A DNA stretch of 38,809 nt, taken from Octopus bimaculoides. Its lineage: Eukaryota. Shown here one piece after another: positions 1 through 10,272 of the stretch. Position numbers and translations under genes: made by a program. The DNA lies in NCBI RefSeq assembly GCF_001194135.2, contig NC_068983.1, positions 134,783,554-134,822,362 of the forward strand. Direction: 5' to 3'. Within the stretch, counting starts at the first letter, position 1. Every line of letters begins with the position of its first letter. The notes under the pieces are model-generated. The model saw only the letters and a list, made by a program, of their open reading frames with translations. It ran no database searches and had not been told where the DNA came from.

Positions 1-25
1 TATATATATATATATATATACGTGC

Positions 26-65
<40 letters not shown>
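1..65. repeat. (TA)n/(TG)n microsatellite
   Basis: Directly visible. Confidence 0.95.
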
Positions 66-68
<3 letters not shown>

Positions 69-269
69 CCGAGCAGGAACACGGGGGACTCACTCAACAA
101 TATAGAAATTAAAATCTTGTCCACACATAGAACAGACACAACACTTAGACAAATTACGGAAGCTATACACATAATATAAGATAAACCCAGCCTGAATAGA
201 CAACTAGAATGGAACACTAGCACACATCCACCACACACCACAACCTATGACAGAATAAGATCCCCATAA
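66..269 (+). mobile_element. Penelope-like element, decayed C-terminus of GIY-YIG endonuclease
   Basis: Manual translation: YAEQEHG/(frameshift in G run)DSLNNIEIKILSTHRTDTTLRQITEAIHII*DKPSLNRQLEW. This matches the PLE EN tail pattern (H..xKIL..R.I.EAIHI..KPSLN). Internal stop at 177-179. Confidence 0.7.
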
Positions 270-630
270 ACTGATAATAATATGAAAATAATACAATACA
301 CAGATAAATAAATGGAATTAAATAACTATATACATAAGCAAAATAAATTAAATTAAATTAAATTAAATTAATACAAAAAAAGAAAGAAATGAAGAAGTAA
401 GTAGATATAAACAAGTGAATAAAATAAATAAAAGTAAATTAAACGAACGTGTATAAACAGGGGATACTGATAATGCAGGCACCATACACATTCCCCCCCC
501 CACACACACACTTACTAAACATTGACACATACAGGGATATACGCATGCGCAAATGAAGACATACTACAGGAATACAAAATGGCTGATCGTTAGTAAGGAG
601 AGACACACAAAAAAGAAAGAAGAAAGCAAA

Positions 631-675
631 GGACCACTGATGGGGTCACAGAAGTGTGACGAAAGAACTCTGGCC
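631..675 (+). ncRNA. Degenerate type I hammerhead ribozyme (PLE pLTR type)
   Basis: GGACCA-CUGAUGGG-[GUCACA gaag UGUGAC]-GAAAG-aa-CUC-UGGCC: perfect 6-bp stem II, GAAA box, 2-bp stem III, CCA/UGG stem I. A9 is changed to G. Confidence 0.55.
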
Positions 676-1285
676 GAAATACAATATAAAATAAAGCTGA
701 AGCAAGTGAACACCAAATATATAGTGCGTGTGTTTTCATTGGCTAAACTGGCAACATGACCATCCCCAAATACAACAATATCTGTGTCAACACACGAATT
801 CACATCAAGATTCTTGCAAAAGGAATATATAAATGTATATATATAGGTTGTATTGTATTGCATTGTATCGGAACGCTATTGACTATGTTCTACTTTAATT
901 CCTTTTATCAAAGGGATTTTTTTCTCCTAATTTCGAAAGAGTTTGTATGCAGTTTGACTGGTACATTACAGTTCTCAGATCCATCCTCGAAGTTTCTTAG
1001 ATCATCGTTGTTTTATCTTCTAGCTGAAGTGATGCTGGTGTGAGTTGTTACATGTTAAAATAGGCAGACCCAATATGATTGGTGCAAACATTACTGCTGG
1101 AACATGAAGTTTTAACCGTTCGGTTTCTACCTCATCACTTGGGTGTTTATTTTTTGTGAGAGATTAGTGTCATTTGTGTAGTAACAGTAGCAATGTGCTG
1201 TGTTATGAGTGTTGAACACATAACAAGGAACAAATGCTTTACACAAACATCACACAACACAAAACAAAATGGTAAACACATACGC

Positions 1286-1376
1286 GTTGCCTTGGGCAAC
1301 TGTCTTTTACCAAAGCCCCGGGCCGAGCAAGGCTTTGTGAGAGGATTTCATTGGTGGAAATTGAAAGAAGCCCATC

Positions 1377-1420
<44 letters not shown>

Positions 1421-1620
1421 TTGTGTCTGTTTGTTCCCCACCACCACTTGACAACCGGTGTAGCTTACGTCCAACTAATTTAGTGGTTCGGTAAAAGCGA
1501 CTGATAGAATAAGTACCGAGCTTTAATAAATGAAGTACTGGGGTCGATTCATTCGACTAAAACCTTTCAGTGTCCCAGCATGGCCATAATCTAATGACTG
1601 GAATGAGCAAAAGATAAAAG
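1286..1620 (+). mobile_element. SINE family A (tRNA-derived, internal microsatellite), 5'-truncated
   Basis: Shares core (cttgggcaa..tgtctt, gaaagaagcc, ttgacaaccg, gaataagtac, ccagcatggc) with copies at 5667, 20103, 29181 and 33706. Confidence 0.85.
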
Positions 1621-2017
1621 ATGTGTGTGTATGCATGTATGTATATGTATATATCTGTACACAAACACACTCACACACACATGTTCACACAAAGAATTAT
1701 CTACAAAGCCACAATGCTCATAGCACAATGCATTCATAAAATAAGTACACAGATAACATACAACAATCTCAGATGAAAGTAAACAGTAACTGATGAAGTA
1801 TAAATTGAACAGCAAAAGAATTCAAATGTCTATGTCTATTCCAAAATCGTTTCATTAAGAAGATACGAAGGTCTGGAAATGTTTATGGTAGATTTAGGAA
1901 CTTTGCAATCGAAAAAGAAAATAAACTCATGAATATAGCTTGATGAAAACAGAAATACAGCTGTTATATCTGTAACTGGGTGTATATAAACTAAAAAGGA
2001 CTTGAGAATGTCTCATA

Positions 2018-2020
<3 letters not shown>

Positions 2021-2092
<72 letters not shown>

Positions 2093-2113
2093 GCCTGTCT
2101 GTCTGTCTGTCTG
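2021..2113. repeat. (GT)n then (GTCT)n microsatellite
   Basis: Directly visible. Confidence 0.95.
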
Positions 2114-2325
2114 TATGCGTGCATGAGCGTGTCAATTTTGAGGTTGTTATTTTAAAAGAATTTAAAGAATAATTACAGAACATTTACTGATGGGCGGATA
2201 AATACTTAAAGTAGTGTCAAATTTATTATTAAATTAGTTTTGAATGACATGAAATTAATATATCCATCAAAAATAAAGAAACTACTCTAAGTCGATGCTA
2301 GAAAGAACATTTAACCTCTTAGGGA

Positions 2326-3270
2326 CCTTATATAACATTAAAAAACCATTAACCGAATTTTCCTTATCATCTAACCACCAGATTTATTATTCCTTCGAAA
2401 ACTGATATCGGAACGGTAAGTAAATCTGTTATTGATTGCTTTACATCCGATCTCCGTTATCACTTTGAAACAATTCTACTGTTTTACTGAACGGTTCACA
2501 ACCAACCAAAATAGAAAAGAATGCCATTTCTTTCAGTTTGACACTTGTGGCTACTCTCCTTCCATCACCAAATTAATTGCAACAATGATACAATTAACTA
2601 TGTGAAAACTGTAACACTCTTAAACCCATTGAATGTTGAAACCATTTTCTAAGAAAGAAAATCCGTGTTATTTTTCAATAACAATTCACTGGATTAAACA
2701 GCAGAGTTCTGAGCCTTTTCACGTTAGAAGGGATGCAAAAGATTCTGCTGAAATAAGAAACCTCGTCGGTTTATATATTTCAAAATTATTAAAGCAAATA
2801 TGTCTTTTTAGATCTGGAGGACTTTACAGAGATGATGGTCTTATTTTTAAAGTTATAATAAAAAATAAACAAATTCAGAGAAAAGTTTTTCAATTTCTTG
2901 AAAAAAATTAGGTTTTAAAATTACCAATGAGATCCGCGCCCAAAATTAGCTGCTTGGAAGTCACATTAAATCTGAATATCTCAACTTATGGCCACACAGA
3001 TAACCAACCAAAAAATTGAATACATTTCTAGATGTTTTAAACATACTAGGAAAATTTCAAATAACCTTGTCCATACTATATCATTCAAACTCTTCCGGCT
3101 ATCTTCTAATGTAGCAATCCTTAAAGAAAATTCACATAATTGCAATGTAACGTTAAAAAAGATGTTATACAAAAGAAAGGGAATCCCACTAAAAGCATAA
3201 CAAAACAAAACCACAGAAACAGAAGAAAAGCATAATTTGGTATAATCCATCCTATTGCCTACAAGTGATA
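2326..3270 (+). pseudogene. Penelope-like reverse transcriptase, heavily decayed
   Basis: Collinear motifs across frameshifts: PYITLKNH*PNF..RFIIPSKTDIGTVSK; KECHFFQFDTCGYSPSIT; DSAEIRNLVGLYI..GLYRDDGL (YxDD); LEVTLNL; SIIWYNPSY. These match the PLE RT motifs ITLKDHK, RLINPAK, FQFDIxxFYPSI, GLYRDD and IIWFNPPY. Confidence 0.9.
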
Positions 3271-3305
3271 ACCTCAATAGTTCAAACAGTCTTGTACCGT
3301 TTCCA

Positions 3306-3415
3306 AAACACAGACCTTACGTTCTCAGTTCAAATTCCGCCGATTCTTCCTTTTGGTGTCGTCAAAATAAATACCAGTCAAGAACTTGGGTCGATGTAAT
3401 CGACTATTCCCTCCT
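3306..3415 (+). mobile_element. SINE family B fragment (tRNA-derived)
   Basis: B-box-like AGTTCAAATTCC at 3327-3338 and gtcgatgtaatcgact, shared with 13906-14083 and 34408-34653. Confidence 0.75.
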
Positions 3416-3648
3416 TCACATTTCAGGTTTTGTGCCTATTTCAGATAGAATTTACATCTAAATATTTTTCAATAAATTTATACTTATCTGCATTTTAAAA
3501 TTAACTTAAACTTTGAAAACCTTATTTATCCGTACATACTTTTGTATAAATATATGTACATCTATGTGTTTGTATGTTCACACACATATGTAAGCATTAT
3601 TTAAAAGTAATATAGAGTGAATTTATCAGTGTGTTTAAATACATACAG

Positions 3649-3714
<66 letters not shown>

Positions 3715-3918
3715 NNNNNNNNNNNNNNNNNNNNNNNNNNNNNNNNNNNNNNNNNNNNNNNNNNNNNNNNNNNNNNNNNNNNNNNNNNNNNNAAAGAACA
3801 CAAAATAACTGTGGTGTAGTTCCTGTTTTTAAGGCAGGAACTCCTTGAAATTTTGGGTATTTGAGTATATTTAAAAATTTAAGGAATGGAGAAAACGCAT
3901 GTTATAATTGCATACTTT

Positions 3919-4004
3919 ATTCCTACATATGTTTCAAAGGATTACAACCTGTGTGATCCATAGGGATCTGTGATATTAAAATTGTAACCTTCTCTTCAGG
4001 GAAT
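3919..4004 (-). ncRNA. Type I hammerhead ribozyme with intact catalytic core
   Basis: Minus strand: AUUCC-CUGAAGA-[GAAGG UUACAA...UUGUAA u CCUUU]-GAAAC-AUAU-GUA-GGAAU. Stem I AUUCC/GGAAU, long stem II, palindromic stem III ACAUAUGU, GUA cleavage triplet. Confidence 0.85.
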
Positions 4005-4259
4005 GAATGGGAATCATCTTAAACGTAAGACATTATGACCGAGTATGAAAACAATAGATGGATAAGGTTATAACGTGATTCACTTGAAAAAAACCGTTAG
4101 AAAATTGGACGCTACCGGATAGTGGGTTGGACAACACATACATATAAATGTGAGAAAACATACATGCATACATAAATACATATACACATATACACATATG
4201 CACATACGTACCCGTGCCTATACAAATATACCCATATGTGTGCATGTCCCCATACACAC

Positions 4260-4293
<34 letters not shown>

Positions 4294-4303
4294 ACATGTA
4301 TAA

Positions 4304-4589
4304 ATATATATATATATACATACATATATACATACATCATTATTATGATTGACCGTTGACTGAACACTATTCAATTTTTTTTCTCCGTGTTTTTCTCCTT
4401 GTCTCCGTATTCTTTCTGTTGAAGAGCGTAGCTCGAAACGTCAAAGACTTTCCGTATTCCCGAGCGTCATACTAATATATACTTTTGTTATTTACACCAC
4501 CTGTCCTCGTCTGTTGTTATTTTTTGTATATTCTCCCATATATATATATATACATACATATATACATACATCATTATTATGATTGACCG
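4304..4589. repeat. ~50-bp direct repeat with 234-bp period enclosing a hammerhead
   Basis: ...tacatacatatatacatacatcattattatgattgaccg ends at 4355 and again at 4589, where an N gap starts. Confidence 0.75.
4411..4447 (+). ncRNA. Minimal type I hammerhead, variant core CUGUUGA
   Basis: UCUUU-CUGUUGA-A-[GAGC gua GCUC]-GAAAC-GUC-AAAGA: 5-bp stem I, 4-bp stem II, palindromic ACGU stem III, GUC triplet. A6 is U. Confidence 0.7.
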
Positions 4590-4643
4590 NNNNNNNNNNN
4601 NNNNNNNNNNNNNNNNNNNNNNNNNNNNNNNNNNNNNNNNNNN

Positions 4644-4681
<38 letters not shown>

Positions 4682-5666
4682 TGTATGCATATTCGAGTAT
4701 GCGAAGACATGCGTAGATGTTCTAAACACAACTGCATAACACTGCGATTTTTAATATGTATATATGCATGTATGTATTATGCATATTCATATATGCATAT
4801 TTGTGTATGTGTGTGTATGTGTGTGAATACATATACGTAAACTAGTGAAAGTATGTGTGCTAAGTATTTGAATAGTAGGGATATACAAATATTCAAATCT
4901 GATTATATATTGTGTTTATACACTTGGCTAAACAAACATTGCCATCTACACATACTAATAAATAATGGTGGATATATTTGAATAATGTATCTAACGTTAC
5001 TTAAAATTTCAACACATGTTCTTCTGTAGTACCATGATCTAATATATTCCAATAAATTGCGATAAACTATAATGTTATATAAATTATATTTGATATAGAG
5101 TGCACTTAGCTAGACGGATTTGCATGTTCATGTTTATACATGTGTTTACGTTTATTTTGTTGCGTAATTTAACACAAGATATTTAAATAAGATTAAGCAT
5201 AGATTATTATATTTCATTACATTTTAATATACAGTGATATACATCGATCACTATGCTATACACTGGTATAGTATCTTACTAAATTTCTTCCATCCTTTTG
5301 AAGTATCTCAGACTTTCACCAGATTGGAGGCTTCTGATTGGCTGAAGTTACATAACTTTAAATACTTGTAATTTCTTTATTATTATTAACTTTTAGAAAA
5401 ATGAATGTGATTTTGGTTTGCGAAACTACATCAAAACTAAATTTCTTGAAGATAATCGGGTGTCACTTTGAAATACTTCAAGTGGTTGGTAGAATTTTAA
5501 CAAGATGTCTAGTATATACGAAATAGAATTATATGGTCCGTATCATAAAATGCATATATCGAGAAACTTTAAATAAATTCATTCATGCACACAATAACAC
5601 ACAAAACGCAGGTTTATAAGTAATGAAATTTATAAACCAAGAAATACAAAATATACTGATGTATAT

Positions 5667-5838
5667 CTTTTATCTTCTACTTTTTTCAGTCTTTAGACAG
5701 CGGTCATACTGTGGCACCATTTTGAAGAATTTTTAGTCGAATGAATCGACCAGCCTGGTTCTTATTCTATCGGTATCTTTTGCTGAACCACGAAGTTACG
5801 GGGACCTAAACACACCAACACTGGTTGCCATGTGGTGG

Positions 5839-5876
<38 letters not shown>

Positions 5877-6072
5877 ACACACACATACACACACACATAC
5901 ATATGCATTTGTACGACGGGCTTCTTTCTCTTTCCGTCTATCAAATCTACACACAAGGCTTTGGTCGGTCCGAGGCTATAGTAGTAGACACTCGCCCAAA
6001 GGTGCCTCGCAGTGGGACTAAACCCGAAACCATGTGATTGGGAAGCAAACTTAACACACAGCCACACCTGCG
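5667..6072 (-). mobile_element. SINE family A, near full length
   Basis: Reverse complement of the family A head (gcaggtgtggctgtgtg..ggtttcgggtttagtccc), internal (TG)n and tail. Confidence 0.9.
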
Positions 6073-6436
6073 CCTTCGTACTTAATAGATTTTCATAGAA
6101 CATAAAATACAGAATCTGAAAAACTTTAAACTTAATTTTTTTATTGGTTAAACAATTTAATCCACACACATATACATACAATTCCACACACAGAGCTACA
6201 AAACCACTTGTACACAAGCACAGATAAATTAACGCATAAAAACTAAAACACAACTTTTACAGGCATAAAATATAGAACATACCAATATGTATTTCATCAA
6301 CATCTTAAAATATTCACCATTTGACATTGATAAATTGTACCTTCCATTTTTAATGTTTAACTAGGTCGCTCCTTGATCTTCTTCCACCTTTAGATTTATT
6401 CTTTTCTTTCCCCAGTCACACTCCCTTCCAATAACC

Positions 6437-6597
6437 TTTCTTTTCTACTCGAAGCACAACGCCCAAAATTTTGGGGTAGGAGGCCAGTCGATTACATCGA
6501 CCCCTGTACGCAACTGGTACTTAATTTATTGCCTCCGAAAAGCAAAGTCGACTTCGGCGGAATTTGAACTCAGAACGTAATGGCAGACGAAATACCG
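6437..6597 (-). mobile_element. SINE family B, 3' portion (interrupted at 6597)
   Basis: Collinear with the intact copy at 34408-34653 up to gaaataccg. Left TSD TTCCAATAAC at 6426-6435. Confidence 0.9.
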
Positions 6598-8556
6598 ATT
6601 TCTTTATTATCCATAAAGGGCTATACAAAGACTTTTTAAGACATCACAAAACATAAAGACAGTACAAAACGCAACAAACATAAAATCGAGGTAATTAAAA
6701 TAAAATGATAATATGCAAGAATGAAAAAATGAGGCGCAATGTCCACTCGACCCCCGAAGTCGGGTGGTTACATTTATCCAGTTTTTCACTTTTACGTTAA
6801 ACATCATGTAAACATTTTAACGGTTTTGCAACTCAAAAAATTGGACCATTAATCACTGTTACTTCAACTGCAAGTAATCAGTTCTAGCGGGTGGTGTCTC
6901 CACCAACCATACCCTTTTCGTTATTATATTTTCACCAAGTTCTTTTATGTACTCCCAGTAGTTTTCCTCGTGTATCAAAATGCATTTCTCAGCACATTTC
7001 TCAGGCATCTTCACTCTTATTATTTCCTCCAATCTCTCCACTTTTCTCTCCATCTGCTCGCAATTCTCGTACTTTATCAAAAAAACCCTTGTATTGGACA
7101 TCTTTATCCGTTCTCTCCTCCTCTTCTTGTACATTATTAGTTTCTGGCTTTTATATCACTTTTATGTTTTCTGTTGACCGTTCCTTTGACTTATTTTTCT
7201 TTCGCTTTTTAGGGTTAGTAGCTCCATTTTCGTTCTTCTCCTTTGTTTTCTCTGTTTCACACTTCTGTCTCTTTTTCATTTCCTCAGTGTGGTCTACAAT
7301 GTTTTCCTCCTCTGCTTGTGCTTTCTCTTGCTGTGACTGTGTGAACTCATATAGGAGACATTTGGTCTTCATATGACTTCTTTCCCCGCATATGTAACAA
7401 TTTGGTTTCCTTCCCTCGACTACAACATTTAACGTTCTCTCATCCTCCACTTCNNNNNNNNNNNNNNNNNNNNNNNNNNNNNNNNNNNNNNNNNNNNNNN
7501 NNNNNNNNNNNNNNNNNNNNNNNNNNNNNNNNNNNNNNNNNNNNNNNNNNNNNNNNNNNNNNNNNNNNNNNNNNNNNNNNNNNNNNNNNNNNNNNNNNNN
7601 NNNNNNNNNNNNNNNNNNNNNNNNNNNNNNNNNNNNNNNNNNNNNNNNNNNNNNNNNNNNNNNNNNNNNNNNNNNNNNNNNNNNNNNNNNNNNNNNNNNN
7701 NNNNNNNNNNNNNNNNNNNNNNNNNNNNNNNNNNNNNNNNNNNNNNNNNNNNNNNNNNNNNNNNNNNNNNNNNNNNNNNNNNNNNNNNNNNNNNNNNNNN
7801 NNNNNNNNNNNNNNNNNNNNNNNNNNNNNNNNNNNNNNNNNNNNNNNNNNNNNNNNNNNNNNNNNNNNNNNNNNNNNNNNNNNNNNNNNNNNNNNNNNNN
7901 NNNNNNNNNNNNNNNNNNNNNNNNNNNNNNNNNNNNNNNNNNNNNNNNNNNNNNNNNNNNNNNNNNNNNNNNNNNNNNNNNNNNNNNNNNNNNNNNNNNN
8001 NNNNNNNNNNNNNNNNNNNNNNNNNNNNNNNNNNNNNNNNNNNNNNNNNNNNNNNNNNNNNNNNNNNNNNNNNNNNNNNNNNNNNNNNNNNNNNNNNNNN
8101 NNNNNNNNNNNNNNNNNNNNNNNNNNNNNNNNNNNNNNNNNNNNNNNNNNNNNNNNNNNNNNNNNNNNNNNNNNNNNNNNNNNNNNNNNNNNNNNNNNNN
8201 NNGGTTTCGACAGCCTGTGTACGATACACAACTGTCTTCAGAATTTTGTTTTCTTTAGTCTCTTTTGGGGGGCACAATTTGTATGAGTCTCCCTCAACTT
8301 CTATCAAATTCCTGCTTCTGGTCACCTCCTCCATATCCAACTTGATTAACTTGGTTTCTAGCGGTACTGGCTTCCTCACCGCAGTGGCCTTGGCGTAGCT
8401 CTCCATACTAGAGACACTACCACTTGCCATAGGTGAGAAAAATGCAGCAGCTCACGTGAAATGCAACCGTAATAATTCCACAAAAATCACAATTATTCAC
8501 CGAGACAGTTTTCACAAAGTAACACAACCGTATTCACAATAATTCACAGAGCTGTT
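6598..8556 (-). mobile_element. Tx1/L1-like non-LTR element carrying ORF1 only, 6-bp TSD ATACCG
   Basis: ATACCG at 6592-6597 and 8557-8562. About 126-nt 5' leader precedes the ATG at 8430. CCHC knuckle present. 3' end ...AATAAAGAAAT. No RT or endonuclease motif between the knuckle and the 3' end. Confidence 0.8.
7151..8430 (-). CDS. Gag-like ORF1 protein with CX2CX4HX4C zinc knuckle (spans N gap 7454-8202)
   Basis: MASGSVSSMESYAKATAV... then after the gap VVVEGRKPN-CYICGERSHMKTKC (7358-7399), followed by a K/E-rich tail. Continuity across the gap is inferred. Confidence 0.65.
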
Positions 8557-8610
8557 ATACCGCTAAGAATTTCGCCCAGCGTGCTAACGTTTCTGCCAGC
8601 TCGCCGCCTT
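8557..8610 (-). mobile_element. SINE family B, 5' head (continues 6437-6597)
   Basis: ataccgctaagaatttcgcccagcgtgctaacgtttctgccagctcgccgcctt matches 34601-34653. Right TSD TTCCAATAAC at 8612-8621. Confidence 0.9.
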
Positions 8611-9109
8611 TTTCCAATAACTTTTAACCGCATTAAACACATTATTTACCTTTTATAGAATTTCTCCACTGTTGTAATTCACCTCCTCAACAACATTGTC
8701 TTATAATGAAACATTCCATTTTGTCAGTGCAGACACACAAAAGAAAATTTTTCACTACGGGCTGAATAAACACTTTACGAATATCTTGTTATAATCTCAT
8801 GTGTATATATCATAGAAATAGTATCATATATATCATTCATCCACGGTAGTGGGTGAATATATCCTTAAGGTCAACTTTTAGTTACTCGCGAGCACTTATA
8901 GGCTTCATCACAAATTCAGTTCTCAACCAAATTGAATGCAGTTTTTTTTAGCAATGATGGTTCAGTCATAAGCTACATTTTGAGATAACATAACTGAAAT
9001 TTGGTTCATTAAAAAAAGTTAGGTCAAAACATATGAAGTAAAAACAAAATGGGAAAGTAAGGCGAAAAATTGTCTCTGAATCAAAATATTTCACTTATTT
9101 AAAAATATA

Positions 9110-9870
9110 TAAATTAAATGGGTTTAAAAGGTGTTCACCGAGAAAAATCATTTGGTGAAAACCTCGTTAAAAAATATTGACTAAGAAAGATATTGTATGG
9201 CTTTAAGTAACGAAGGATCGTTAAGTAACCCTCAAAATTGACTTCGAATCAACATATCTCAGCTATTGTAAAAGTAAACTATACAATAATTATGCCCAAA
9301 TGAAAGAGCTCTATGAGATGAATCTTATGGTGACAACCTCGTCAAAAAAAGAATTAATTACAAAAAAAAAAATGGTGTGGCTTTAATGGATGAAAAATGT
9401 TGATCATTTTCGCAAATCAAAATATTTCTGTTATTTTAACATATTTAGCATTACAAAAGATAGTTTCTGATATTATGGGCTCCTATACTTAATGATACAA
9501 AACGCTTAGCTGGAGTTTAAGAGGTATGGGGTTGGATACTTTGTATCGGTTTGCTGACCACTTTTTCCTGTTTTCTTTGGGTATTTACGATTGGGTATCC
9601 AATCGTCCAATCTTTTTCACAGTTATTTTACGTTCGAGTTTTACTTCAGATGAAAGAGCTCTTTGAGAAGAATTGTATGGTGAAAGCCTTGTCAAAAAAG
9701 TTGTGTGGCTTTAAGTGACGAAACAGTTCTAAGACTTCAAAATATTTTTGTCTTTTTAAAAGAAAAGTAATATTATTTGAACTTAAATGAAAGTGATCAT
9801 CAAGATGAATATTTTGGAGAAAATCCCGTCTAAAAATATTAGGAATAAAAAAGTTACGGTTTTTTGCGTT
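9110..9870. repeat. About four degenerate ~100-bp direct repeats, irregularly spaced
   Basis: Motif atgaaagagctc..gagatgaat..tggtga.aacctcgtcaaaaaa..gtgtggctttaa recurs near 9120, 9300, 9650 and 9785. Confidence 0.65.
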
Positions 9871-9939
9871 TATATATTAGTTTTTATTATTCTGCCAATA
9901 TATTAAAATATATGCATATTAAAAACATATTAAAATTAT

Positions 9940-10209
9940 ACTATTGACTGTGATAACACTAAAGATGATAACATATGGTTCATAGTCCCTTTTGGTAGAA
10001 ATGTTAAATCTAATTTGATTGCACAGTTTAGAGAGGTGATAAGTAGATATTTCCCAAAGAATTCACACTATGGTAAAATCATTAATACACATAGCATTAG
10101 GTTTGGTTTCTCAAACACTATGAACTTAGCCCAATTAATTGCAGCTCATAATTTTAAAATACTTAAATCAAAGGGAATTGGGGAGGATAACGATGTGAAC
10201 CCTGATATA

Positions 10210-10272
<63 letters not shown>

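Noticed and set aside
860-990. Possible second GIY-YIG tail on the minus strand (FEIRRKKSL**KELK)
   Set aside because: Too short and degenerate; no diagnostic motif.
1103-1140. Hammerhead-like string on the minus strand (GUGAUGA-GGU agaa ACC-GAAC)
   Set aside because: C3 is missing, GAAA is incomplete, and there is no convincing stem I.
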